Shown in pieces: positions 19,232-28,449 of a stretch of DNA of 64,000 nt. Location: NCBI GenBank assembly GCA_018883325.1, contig VEQH01000008.1, positions 12,783-76,782 on the forward strand, given 5' to 3'. Position 1 is the first letter of the stretch, and each line of letters opens with the position of its first letter. The notes beneath the pieces are model-generated. The model made no database searches. It was not told the DNA's origin and saw nothing but the letters and a program-made list of their open reading frames with translations. This DNA is from Flavobacteriales bacterium (lineage in GTDB: Bacteria; Bacteroidota; Bacteroidia; Flavobacteriales_D; Crocinitomicaceae). A program made the position numbers and the translations under genes.

Positions 19232-19242
19232 GTTGACTGTTT

Positions 19243-19653
19243 TTATATCAAAAGCACACCTTTTCGTTTAAACAACTCCAAATATTTAAAATTTTCTTCG
19301 ATTAAAGATTCTGCAGGAAAGACAAAACGCTTGTCATAAAGCACGTCTTCTACCCAAAAACTCACCCAATATTCATTTGATAATCCAAAAACTTCAGGCA
19401 TTATTGGTTCAATTTTGGCAATTTCATTAGGAAGTAATACTTCAATTCCATGACGTAAAGTGGACGTTTTTATCTTTTCACCTGTTGCTGTGTTTTCACC
19501 ATAACCAGTGCTTGCAACGATGATTCCTTCCATAATATCTTCTCTTAAATTTATCAAGTAAACGGTATATTCTTTTTCCTTTTCTTCGTTTACACTTTGA
19601 ATGACAGCCACTCCAACACCTTCCACTTTTGGACCCAATAAACCTTCTTTCAT
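19243..19653 (-). CDS. hypothetical protein
   Basis: A 136-aa ORF abutting the upstream hydrolase gene (stop at 19654, start at 19653). No motif recognised. Confidence 0.5.
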   Translation of the reverse strand: MKEGLLGPKVEGVGVAVIQSVNEEKEKEYTVYLINLREDIMEGIIVASTGYGENTATGEKIKTSTLRHGIEVLLPNEIAKIEPIMPEVFGLSNEYWVSFWVEDVLYDKRFVFPAESLIEENFKYLELFKRKGVLLI

Positions 19654-20889
19654 TTATTTTTTAATTTTATTTGCTATTCGTTCTCCCATCGCAAGATAAT
19701 AGAAAATATCCCAAGAGTGCCCAACTTTTTGATTGTTTATTTTACAATATTCTTTGTCGTTCTCTTTGTTTTTTGGAATGAGGTAATTCGTTGTTTTTCT
19801 ATGACCTAAACGCACAACCATTCTTCCTGTTTTTGGCATCACCATGATATATTGTCCTCCTAAACCTCTGTAATAATGAACAGTATTTCCGAAATTTGGG
19901 TAAACCCACGTCTGAAATCCGTAGCGTGTGTTTACAATTCCTTCTTCTGTTTGAATCGGTGGCGTTTTTACCATTTCTTGCATGTACCATTCAGGCACAA
20001 TTTGTTTCGAACCGATTTTCCCTTGATTCAACATCAGGAATCCAAGCAATGCAAAATCCCTTGGTGAAGCATACAAACAACAATACGCTTTCTCATCGCC
20101 ATTTTCTTTATCCAAACTCCAATAAGCTGTTTGTCCAGCCCCCATTGGTTTCCACAACCATTCTTCAGTTAATTCCGCTATCGTTTTTCCGGTTGCTTTC
20201 TTTAAAACAAAAGCTAAAACTTGCGTATCTCCACTTTGATAATTGAAAATCGTTCCTGGTTTTACAACCACTTTTTGGCGCGTTACTAAACCATAAAGAT
20301 CGTCTGTATAGTAAGCCTCTGCTGTTTCAGATAAGGGATTCACTCCACTTTCTTCCCAATCAAAACCAGCTGCCATCAACAATAAATGACGAATAGTAAC
20401 TTTGTCTCTTCCGTTTTCTTTAAACTCAGGAATATAATTTCCAACAGGTTCTTCAACGCTTTTTACATAACCTTTATCAATCGCAATTCCAATTAATAAA
20501 CTAATGACTGTTTTTCCTGCGGAGAAAGAATTTGATACCGTTTCACGTGTGTGTGTATTCCAATATTTTTCAAATAGAAGCGTATCATTTTGAAACACTA
20601 AAAAAGCTTGAGTTTTCCATTTTTTGTGGAATTTTTCCTCGTTTGCAGTAAAAGATGCTTGATTGAATCGTGCGTGTTCTTTCCACTGAAATGATTTGCC
20701 AGAGGTTTCAATTGTTGCTTTTGGAAAAACTTCTAAATCGTAAATTGTTGGACCTGTTTTACCTATCAAATAGGTTTTAGAAATTCCACTGTATAAATAA
20801 TAGCGACCTGATAAAACGATGAATAAATTTCCTCCAACAAGCACTACTAAAATGAAGTAAAGCAGGTAACGCAACAATTTTTTAAGCAT
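19654..20889 (-). CDS. serine hydrolase, beta-lactamase/transpeptidase-like
   Basis: An N-terminal TM anchor and the SxxK motif in NSFSAGKTVISLLIG, typical of class-C beta-lactamase-like hydrolases. Confidence 0.7.
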   Translation of the reverse strand: MLKKLLRYLLYFILVVLVGGNLFIVLSGRYYLYSGISKTYLIGKTGPTIYDLEVFPKATIETSGKSFQWKEHARFNQASFTANEEKFHKKWKTQAFLVFQNDTLLFEKYWNTHTRETVSNSFSAGKTVISLLIGIAIDKGYVKSVEEPVGNYIPEFKENGRDKVTIRHLLLMAAGFDWEESGVNPLSETAEAYYTDDLYGLVTRQKVVVKPGTIFNYQSGDTQVLAFVLKKATGKTIAELTEEWLWKPMGAGQTAYWSLDKENGDEKAYCCLYASPRDFALLGFLMLNQGKIGSKQIVPEWYMQEMVKTPPIQTEEGIVNTRYGFQTWVYPNFGNTVHYYRGLGGQYIMVMPKTGRMVVRLGHRKTTNYLIPKNKENDKEYCKINNQKVGHSWDIFYYLAMGERIANKIKK

Positions 20890-20892
20890 ACA

Positions 20893-21591
20893 TTAAAGTT
20901 TAAATTCAAACAAATCTGAAAGGTGATTCAAGAGTTTTTTGCTGACTTCTTCTATGTCAATTTCATACCCTAACTCTTGCTGCATTGAAGTTACTGCTTT
21001 ATCATCAATCCCGCAAGGAATAATATTGGAAAAATAATTTAAATTTGTATTTACGTTAAAACCAATGCCATGCATCGTGACCCAACGCGAGCATTTAACG
21101 CCCATTGCGCAGATTTTTCGAGCGCGTTCTGTTGTTCCTTCAATCCAAACACCAGTAAGCCCTTCTACTCTTCCGCTTTCAATTCCGAAATCAGCCAATG
21201 TACGAATGACAGCTTCCTCCAAAAAACGCATGTATTTATGAATATCTGTAAAAAATTGCTCTAAGTCGAAAATGGGATAAACAACCAATTGACCAGGCCC
21301 GTGATAAGTAATGTCGCCTCCCCTATTGATTTTATAATAACTTGCCTCTTTTTCAGCTAATTGTTCTTTATTAAGCAATAAATGTTCAGGCTTTCCACTT
21401 TTTCCGAGTGTATAAACGTGCGGATGCTGGCAAAAAAGTAAATAGTTATGGGGAATTTCGATCGTTTGACCATTTCTAAAAGCAATTTTTAAGTCGATTG
21501 CTTCTTTTAATAATTTTTCTTGGTAATCCCAGGCCTCTTTGTAATCAATGAGACCTAGGAATTCACAAGTAACTTTTTTATTTGTATTCAT
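20893..21591 (-). CDS. lipB: octanoyltransferase LipB
   Basis: RGGDITYHGPGQLVVYP and the KICAMGV lysine/cysteine region are classic LipB motifs. 232 aa. Confidence 0.9.
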   Translation of the reverse strand: MNTNKKVTCEFLGLIDYKEAWDYQEKLLKEAIDLKIAFRNGQTIEIPHNYLLFCQHPHVYTLGKSGKPEHLLLNKEQLAEKEASYYKINRGGDITYHGPGQLVVYPIFDLEQFFTDIHKYMRFLEEAVIRTLADFGIESGRVEGLTGVWIEGTTERARKICAMGVKCSRWVTMHGIGFNVNTNLNYFSNIIPCGIDDKAVTSMQQELGYEIDIEEVSKKLLNHLSDLFEFKL

Positions 21592-22575
21592 TTAAAACTT
21601 TGCCATTTCACCTTTTAAGTAATCAATGATTGCGATGTCGATAATATCCGCACCATTCAAATTACATAAATAGTATGAAGCCCAATCTACAACGTTAATC
21701 AAGTATAGCGAACGCTCGATGAATGAATCACCTTTTGCTTCCAATTTGTAAATTTTGCCACAGATTTTTTCAACGTGTGCCATTGTAATTTCCAAACGTT
21801 TTTGGTTACGTGGGTGTAAATCTCCTGTGCAGAAAAACAAAGGCGCAAAACGTGCATCGCCACCTGTCCAACCAACTAATTCGTTGTGGTTCATTTCAGG
21901 AATCGTGTGGTGCCATCCTAAGTATTTTGAATTTTCATCGAATTGTTGACGCGCACGAACGATTACTCCTTCGTATTTTGTTTCAGCGTAGTAAACACCA
22001 ACTTTGCCGTAAAGGAAGTCTGCAATTTCTTTTGCTTTAGCGTGGATTTCAGCATTTTCTGCATTCAATAAATCAACAGCGCTACGCATTTTATCAACGT
22101 TTGTAGGCGATGTCAATCCTAGTTTTGCTAAAATATCAAGTAATTGAACCACTGAAAAAGCCAATGCACTTCTTGGTGGGTTTCCACCAGGAACGATAAC
22201 GTAATCGTAACCGTTTTCTTCACAGAATGATGCTAACTGACCACCGCTACAAATTCCAATAATGTGACAGCCAACTTTGTGAGCCTCAGCAATACTCATT
22301 GTTGTTTCTTCTGTATTTCCAGAATAAGAAGATCCAATTACCAACGTATTTTCGTCAACAAAAGCAGGTAATGAATATTCGTTGCTGATAATGATTGGAA
22401 CTTTAATTTCGTCTTGAACCCAGTTAGATACAATTTTAGCTCCGATTCCAGATCCACCCAATCCGCAGATTAAGATGTTTTTAATTTCGTTTTTTGGTTG
22501 TTTGTAGGTTTTACCATTTCCAATTGTAATTGCATCGATGATGTTTTGCGGGAAAGCTTCGATAAGATGTTTCAT
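21592..22575 (-). CDS. SIS-domain bifunctional phosphoglucose/phosphomannose isomerase-like protein
   Basis: SIS motifs (CGLGGSGIGAKIV, GSSYSGNTEET). Size and layout match PGI/PMI-family proteins. Confidence 0.6.
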   Translation of the reverse strand: MKHLIEAFPQNIIDAITIGNGKTYKQPKNEIKNILICGLGGSGIGAKIVSNWVQDEIKVPIIISNEYSLPAFVDENTLVIGSSYSGNTEETTMSIAEAHKVGCHIIGICSGGQLASFCEENGYDYVIVPGGNPPRSALAFSVVQLLDILAKLGLTSPTNVDKMRSAVDLLNAENAEIHAKAKEIADFLYGKVGVYYAETKYEGVIVRARQQFDENSKYLGWHHTIPEMNHNELVGWTGGDARFAPLFFCTGDLHPRNQKRLEITMAHVEKICGKIYKLEAKGDSFIERSLYLINVVDWASYYLCNLNGADIIDIAIIDYLKGEMAKF

Positions 22576-22594
22576 ATTTTTTTATTTTGATTTT

Positions 22595-22890
22595 GGATAT
22601 TAGGATTTTAAGATTTTAGGAGTGAAGGATTTTAGGAGTGAAGGACTTTAGGAGTGAATGAGTGAAGGACATCAGGATATTAGGACTTTAAGAGTGAAGG
22701 ACTTTAGGAGAGAATGAGAGAAAGACAAACGAGAGAAGGATTTTAGGAGTGAACAAGGTAAAGATGATGTAATTATTTAATTGTCACCCTCCTTAATCCT
22801 TTCCGTCAGTTGACGGCTGAATTCGTTTTTCACTCTTAACTCTTAACTCTTCGTTTTTCACTTTTCAGTTTCATCCTACATTTTTCATTC
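22595..22890. repeat. intergenic array of degenerate 16-nt purine-rich repeats followed by inverted pyrimidine-rich copies
   Basis: GGAYTTTAGGAGTGAA-type units occur at 22612, 22627, 22643, 22683, 22699 and 22738. Complementary units (TCACCCTCCTTAATCC, TTCACTCTTAACTCTTAACTCTT, TTTTTCACTTTTCAG) lie at 22784..22880. A palindromic core CCGTCAGTTGACGG is at 22803..22816. Confidence 0.7.
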
Positions 22891-22894
22891 TACA

Positions 22895-24436
22895 TTACAA
22901 AGGTATATTTCCATGTTTTTTCATTGGTAAAGTTTCTGCTTTTTTCTCCAGCATTTTGAAGCCAGCAATCAATTTGGCTCTTGTTTCTTCGGGAAGAATA
23001 ACGTCGTCCACGATTCCACGTTCGGCAGCACGATAAGGATTTGCGAACATTTCAGCGTATTCAGCTTCCTTCTCCAACCATTTTGCTTGTGGGTCTTCTG
23101 CTGTTGCAATTTCTCTTTTAAAAATAATTTCCGCAGCACCTTTTGCTCCCATTACAGCGATTTCAGCTGTTGGCCATGCAAAATTTAAGTCAGCGCCAAT
23201 GCTTTTAGAGTTCATCACATCAAATGCTCCACCGTAAGCTTTTCTAGTAATTACCGTAATTCTAGGAACGGTAGCTTCTGAAAAGGCGTACAATAATTTT
23301 GCACCATGTGTGATAATTCCTCGCCATTCTTGATCTGTTCCAGGTAAGAAACCAGGTACATCTTCAAATACTAAAAGTGGAATATTGAATGAATCGCAAA
23401 AACGAACGAACCGCGCTCCTTTTCTTGACGCATCGATATCTAAAACACCCGCCATTGCAGACGGTTGATTGGCAACCACGCCAATTGTTCTTCCTTCGAT
23501 ACGTGCGAATCCAACGACAATGTTTTTAGCATAATCGGCTTGAACTTCACGGAAACTATTATCATCAATTACGCAATCCACCACTTTGCGGATGTCGTAA
23601 GGAATATTTGTGTTATCAGGCAGAATTTTTCCAATCTGCTCTAATTTTGCTTTATTAAATGAGTAAATACTCGGTTGAGGCGCTTGCTCATACGCGTTTT
23701 GCGGGAAATAAGTCACCAAATCACGCACTTGCTTCAAACATTCAACGTCGTTTCCAGCCGTAAAATGATTCACTCCCGATTTTTCAGCGTGCGCTTTTGC
23801 TCCACCTAAATCTTCTGAAGTTACTTCTTCGTGTGTCACTGTTTTCACAACGTTTGGACCTGTCACAAACATGTAAGAAGTTTCCTCCACCATGAAAATG
23901 AAATCCGTCAATGCAGGTGAATAAACTGCTCCACCAGCACAAGGCCCCATGATTACTGAAATTTGTGGAATCACCCCAGAAGCACGTGTATTTCTGTAAA
24001 AAATATCAGCATAACCTGCCAATGAAACAACACCTTCTTGAATACGAGCACCACCCGAATCATTCAATCCTATAACCGGTGCACCGTTTTTCATTGCTAA
24101 ATCCATAATTCTACAGATTTTCGCAGCGTGTGTTTCAGAAAGAGAACCACCCAAAACAGTAAAATCTTGAGAAAAAACATAAACAAGTCTTCCGTGGATT
24201 GTTCCATAACCAGTGATTACTCCATCGCCAGGAAATCGGGTTTTATCCAATCCAAATGCATTGGAACGATGTTCAACAAATGCGCCAATTTCTTGAAAAG
24301 AATCTTCATCCAAAAGAACAGTAACACGCTCTCTTGCTGATAATTTTCCTTGTTGGTGTTGCTTATTGATGCGCTCAATTCCTCCTCCGAGTTTGGCGTC
24401 TTCTCTTCTATTGAGTAAATCTTGGTTTCTATCCAT
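22895..24436 (-). CDS. acyl-CoA carboxylase carboxyltransferase (beta) subunit (propionyl-/methylmalonyl-CoA type)
   Basis: Strong family character ([56 protein letters not shown]). I prefer the ATG at 24436 because the TTG at 24454 lies inside the -7 box. Confidence 0.9.
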   Translation of the reverse strand: MDRNQDLLNRREDAKLGGGIERINKQHQQGKLSARERVTVLLDEDSFQEIGAFVEHRSNAFGLDKTRFPGDGVITGYGTIHGRLVYVFSQDFTVLGGSLSETHAAKICRIMDLAMKNGAPVIGLNDSGGARIQEGVVSLAGYADIFYRNTRASGVIPQISVIMGPCAGGAVYSPALTDFIFMVEETSYMFVTGPNVVKTVTHEEVTSEDLGGAKAHAEKSGVNHFTAGNDVECLKQVRDLVTYFPQNAYEQAPQPSIYSFNKAKLEQIGKILPDNTNIPYDIRKVVDCVIDDNSFREVQADYAKNIVVGFARIEGRTIGVVANQPSAMAGVLDIDASRKGARFVRFCDSFNIPLLVFEDVPGFLPGTDQEWRGIITHGAKLLYAFSEATVPRITVITRKAYGGAFDVMNSKSIGADLNFAWPTAEIAVMGAKGAAEIIFKREIATAEDPQAKWLEKEAEYAEMFANPYRAAERGIVDDVILPEETRAKLIAGFKMLEKKAETLPMKKHGNIPL

Positions 24437-24451
24437 AATTAATGTGCTTGA

Positions 24452-24459
24452 CAAAAATA
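24452..24459 (-). promoter_or_regulatory. -7 promoter box TAnnTTTG
   Basis: The minus strand reads TATTTTTG 15 nt upstream of the ATG at 24436. Confidence 0.35.
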
Positions 24460-24555
24460 AGGATTATTGCGAAAGGAGTTAAGCTCAAAAAATAATGAAA
24501 TCAATAAATTGAAAAAAAAACAATCTAAATGAGAGTAAATGCTATAAAATTATTC

Positions 24556-25218
24556 CTATTGATTTGCTTTTTCAATTAAAGTTTGAACCCAGTTTTTGAA
24601 TCTTAAGCATCTAGTTAACAAAACTTCTATTTCATTTATTTCTGCAATTAAAGGTCCATGAAAAGTTTTACGATATCCTGGAATGAGTTGTTCAAGTCTT
24701 TTTGAAGGAACAGTCAATTCACCATCATTCAATTCTTCGGGGTTTTCTTTTTCATTTACTGCTAATAATAAACTTTTTAAGCTTGCTTGTTTTATGTCAG
24801 GTAAAAATTCAAAACCATCTTTTGAAGCAAACAATAGGCCTTCAAATTCATGTAATTGAATATAAGGAACAAATCTTGGGTGATTTATTGCTATTGTTAA
24901 TGCATTTTCTAAAAAATCAACTCTTTGAATTTTATTTTGAATAGCTTTTGCTTCTCCAAATTTTGGAAAATCATTAACTAGCCTAAAAAAATCGATGAAT
25001 GTAGATACTAAAATATCTGTTTCTCTCTTTAGTAACTTATCAATGTTGTGTTTTAGTCTATCGTATTTCACATCTCCTCCTTTTTGTCCTTTGCTAGTAT
25101 TCATCAATATTGGACGCACATCAAAAATATGATTATTATAAAAAAAGGGTCTTAGAAGTTTATTTACAAATTCTTCCTCTGTGGGACCTTCGCAAATTAT
25201 GTAGATCGCTCTTATCAT
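24556..25218 (-). CDS. DUF4276 / RloB-like (Toprim-like) protein, putative nuclease partner of the upstream ATPase
   Basis: 220 aa. The N-terminal strand IYIICEGPTEEEFVNKLL has a conserved Glu, and there is a later acidic patch YIQLHEFEGLLFAS. Its start overlaps the ATPase stop by 4 nt (25215..25218). Confidence 0.6.
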   Translation of the reverse strand: MIRAIYIICEGPTEEEFVNKLLRPFFYNNHIFDVRPILMNTSKGQKGGDVKYDRLKHNIDKLLKRETDILVSTFIDFFRLVNDFPKFGEAKAIQNKIQRVDFLENALTIAINHPRFVPYIQLHEFEGLLFASKDGFEFLPDIKQASLKSLLLAVNEKENPEELNDGELTVPSKRLEQLIPGYRKTFHGPLIAEINEIEVLLTRCLRFKNWVQTLIEKANQ

Positions 25219-26324
25219 AATCTACCACCTATTACATTTTTCTCCCACAATTCACCTATTGAATAGTCTTCTAACCAAGATTGAAGTGACTCTTCAGATT
25301 GTCTTTTAAATACTGTTTGATTATCTTCTCTGTCGGCTACAATAATATCAGAAGCAGAAAATTCATTTATTAGATTTACAGATTGTGTGGCAATAATAAT
25401 CTGAGAATGAACCGCAGCTCTTTTTATCATTCCAGCTAATTTTGTAATTGCAAAGGGATGTAATCCTAATTCAGGTTCATCTAAAATAATTGTATTAGGA
25501 AGAATTGGTTGAAGAAGTAAGGTAGAAAGTGCAATAAATCGTAAAGTACCATCCGATAAATGATGTGCATTAAAATAATCATCAGAGCCTTTTTCTAACC
25601 AATTCAAAAAAATCACATCAGGATTTCTATCATCAGGTGATAAATCAAATTTTTCAAAGAATGGAGCAACTGATGATATGGTGTACTCAATCATTTTAAA
25701 ATGCTTAGGATGTGTGTCTTTTATTTTATAAAGAAAAGCAGCTAAATTACTTCCATCTGATTTTAAATATTTGTAATCTAACGTTTTACTTGGTTGTTTC
25801 AAGGATGAACTAGAACTTGTGTCGTGAAAATGAAAGACATTGAAACTGTTAAAGAAATTTCTTAAAAAATCAGCTCGCTGAAGACTGTTTTCTGCAATTC
25901 CGCTTTCTTCTTTTCCCTTGCCACCCAAATCTTCATAAATCCAAGATTCTTCAAATCCATTTGAATTAGTATTAAAACCTCCCTCATCTTTTTCAAAATA
26001 AAATCCAGAAGCTTGTTTTTTTGGTACTATTTTAAAGTCATAGCGATTATTGGTGTTTCTGCCTTCTGGTTTGAACACAATACTTCCCTCTATTGAATTT
26101 GATTTTTTCCTCCCAAAATATAACAAACTGTTTTCATAACCGTTTTCGGCAACAAAAAAACTTAATCTATTTTTTGAAATACTATTTAGCATTTTAAAAA
26201 ATGAAATGAAGTTACTTTTACCAACCCCATTTGCTCCAATCAATATATTAATAGACTGTAAATAAATGTTGCCAGAGTCTTTAATAGACTTAAAATTTTT
26301 GATGCTAATTCTATCAATTGGCAT
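25215..26324 (-). CDS. ABC-type (AAA_15/AAA_21, OLD/AriA/AbiLi-like) ATPase
   Basis: 369 aa. Walker A is IGANGVGKSN. After a long insert come LSDGTLRFIAL (signature-like), Walker B TIILDEPELGLHP, and IIATQS. Confidence 0.8.
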   Translation of the reverse strand: MPIDRISIKNFKSIKDSGNIYLQSINILIGANGVGKSNFISFFKMLNSISKNRLSFFVAENGYENSLLYFGRKKSNSIEGSIVFKPEGRNTNNRYDFKIVPKKQASGFYFEKDEGGFNTNSNGFEESWIYEDLGGKGKEESGIAENSLQRADFLRNFFNSFNVFHFHDTSSSSSLKQPSKTLDYKYLKSDGSNLAAFLYKIKDTHPKHFKMIEYTISSVAPFFEKFDLSPDDRNPDVIFLNWLEKGSDDYFNAHHLSDGTLRFIALSTLLLQPILPNTIILDEPELGLHPFAITKLAGMIKRAAVHSQIIIATQSVNLINEFSASDIIVADREDNQTVFKRQSEESLQSWLEDYSIGELWEKNVIGGRL

Positions 26325-26568
26325 TTTTGTTGTTTTAGATTTATGAACTATTTATGTTTTAAATTATTCTAATAATTATTGTTTAGTTTTAAAAATTAAA
26401 TGTCATTTTGAGAGTTAATTTTTAATAAGTTAACTAATTCGATTATCATTTTTCTGAATTATTTTAATTGATCTTTCAAAGTTAACTTTATTCTTATTTC
26501 ATAATCTTCTAAGTTATTCTGAATTTATAGCTTCTTTTAAAATTTGAATTCGAAGAATTTTTCACTTT

Positions 26569-27330
26569 TTAGTTTTTCATCTTGTAAAGATTTTTTGAAT
26601 TATACATGATTTTTTCTCCTCCAAAATCAACGAGGCTCATTCTTTTGTTCATTGCAATAACCTGACCTTCTAGTGTTGTTCCTGAAGTATAGGACTGTTG
26701 AAATTCTCTGGAAACAGAATCTCCAACAGTAAACCCTACAGCTTTCGTTAATTCTTCAGTTGGTTGAAAAGTGTAAAGTTCATTAACTTTTTTCTTTGTA
26801 ATGTTTATGGTTCCATTTTCTGCATAATCAAACAAAACAGCTTTGTCTTTATAAAAACCAACCACTAAATAGTTTTTAATAGTTAGATCTCCACTTATTA
26901 CTAAAGCCTTCTCATTAAGTTTCAAATGTGCTTTTGTTTTAGGATTGCGAGTAATTAATAGTTGTTTGTAATTATCGCTATAAGTAATCGTTCCATTTGT
27001 TTCTTTTTGAACAACATCTGCAATTGCAATAACCTCAACACGCTGAAAAACGCCAAAAAAAGTTGTTTTAACATCCACCGAAATATTTTCAAAACTTTGA
27101 TTTGGCCCTAATTCATAATTTGCCATCAGGCTTCGTTTAGCTTCGTTCAAAAATGCATCTTGTTTTCTACCTCCCATGCCAGCAAAATAACCTACTTTAT
27201 TGTAGCCAATCGCAATGTCAACATATTCTGTATTTCCACTTGAAGACATTGATGCATTGGATAAAATTCCGTGATGGTAAACGCACGAACTTAAAATCAA
27301 ACTCGTGCAAAGTGTAAAAAGTAATTTCAT
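26569..27330 (-). CDS. hypothetical lipoprotein
   Basis: Signal plus lipobox (LILSSC). 253 aa, no motif recognised. Confidence 0.5.
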   Translation of the reverse strand: MKLLFTLCTSLILSSCVYHHGILSNASMSSSGNTEYVDIAIGYNKVGYFAGMGGRKQDAFLNEAKRSLMANYELGPNQSFENISVDVKTTFFGVFQRVEVIAIADVVQKETNGTITYSDNYKQLLITRNPKTKAHLKLNEKALVISGDLTIKNYLVVGFYKDKAVLFDYAENGTINITKKKVNELYTFQPTEELTKAVGFTVGDSVSREFQQSYTSGTTLEGQVIAMNKRMSLVDFGGEKIMYNSKNLYKMKN

Positions 27331-27457
27331 TTATCTCGATAATATTTAATTAAATGTAAGGATAATTGTAACATTTCAACTTGATTTTTTAAACTTCTGG
27401 CAAAATTCTTTCACTTCTAAATTCTTTTTTAGTTCTTTTACAATTCAAAATCAGACT

Positions 27458-28297
27458 ATGAAATCACCTTTTTCGATTCAAACAAAAGACGGACTAACTT
27501 TAAATGGTTTTTCGCTCGTTCCAGAAGTTTCTTGTAAAGCTGTAATTGCTTTAATTCACGGAATGGGGGAACATGGACATCGTTATCTTCATGTTGCTGA
27601 ATACTTTGCGAAAAAAGGGATTGCTACAATGGCTATCGATCTTCGCGGTCACGGAAATTCGGAAGGAAAAAGAGGTCACACTCCAAATTATGAGGCTTTA
27701 ATGTCGGATATAGATTTGTTTTTAGAAAAGGTAAAATCGAGTTTTCCTAATCTACCAATTGTTTTGTATGGTCACAGTATGGGAGGAAATCTTTCTTTGA
27801 ATTACTTGATTCGAAGACAGCCAACAATCAATGCAGCCATCGTCACCTCTCCGTACCTTCGTCTTGCTTTTGAGCCACCAAAATGGAAAGTTGTTTTAGG
27901 GAAATTAAGTGCGGGACTCGTTCCAACTTTAACACAACCAACGGGTCTGGAAACGGCAGCAATTTCAAGAGATACAGCAGTTGTAAAAGCGTATGAAGCT
28001 GATAAATTAGTGCACGATAAAATTACATCTGCATTTTTTGTAAATGTTCATTTTGCTGGACCTTATGCGATTGAGCATGCAGCAAAAATTAAAACTCCTC
28101 TTTTAATAATGCATGGTTTAGAAGATCGTTTGACTTCTCCTGAAGGAACTAAAGAATTTATTCAGAATGTAAAGGCAAATGTTACAGTTAAATATTGGCC
28201 GGGACTTTTCCACGAAATTCATAACGAACCTGAGCAACAAGAAGTTTTTCAAACAGAATTTGATTGGTTGATTGAAAATAAAATTATTGAAGCATAG
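27458..28297 (+). CDS. alpha/beta hydrolase (lysophospholipase / monoacylglycerol-lipase-like)
   Basis: HGMGEH oxyanion region, nucleophile elbow GHSMGG, C-terminal HGLEDR...FHEIHNE. Confidence 0.8.
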   Translation: MKSPFSIQTKDGLTLNGFSLVPEVSCKAVIALIHGMGEHGHRYLHVAEYFAKKGIATMAIDLRGHGNSEGKRGHTPNYEALMSDIDLFLEKVKSSFPNLPIVLYGHSMGGNLSLNYLIRRQPTINAAIVTSPYLRLAFEPPKWKVVLGKLSAGLVPTLTQPTGLETAAISRDTAVVKAYEADKLVHDKITSAFFVNVHFAGPYAIEHAAKIKTPLLIMHGLEDRLTSPEGTKEFIQNVKANVTVKYWPGLFHEIHNEPEQQEVFQTEFDWLIENKIIEA

Positions 28298-28400
28298 TAG
28301 TTCTCACTTCGGTTAAAATCTTGAATTTCAAAACAAAGTATTTTGTATTGGTAAGATTGCGGATACCCAAAAAACATAATTTAACATTGTAAAAAACAAA

Positions 28401-28438
28401 AAAGGCTACTTCTTTCGAGGCAGCCTTTCTTATTTTTT
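28401..28438. terminator. bidirectional terminator hairpin
   Basis: AAAGGCTAC-ttctttcgag-GCAGCCTTT is followed by TCTTATTTTTT. It lies between convergent genes. Confidence 0.5.
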
Positions 28439-28449
28439 GAAGAAATGGT

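Noticed and set aside
22595-22760. Whether the tandem 16-nt repeats form a CRISPR array.
   Set aside because: The units are only ~16 nt long, degenerate and directly abutting with no unique spacers. No cas genes are present in the window.
24556-26324. Assigning the ATPase + small-protein pair to a named system (Gabija, Septu, PARIS or AbiL).
   Set aside because: There is no UvrD-type helicase (Gabija) and no HNH partner (Septu). The partner's N-terminal CEGPTEEEF strand and overall length fit DUF4276/RloB-like proteins, but I cannot tell these apart from DUF4435 without HMMs. I therefore report it as an unnamed OLD-like split system.
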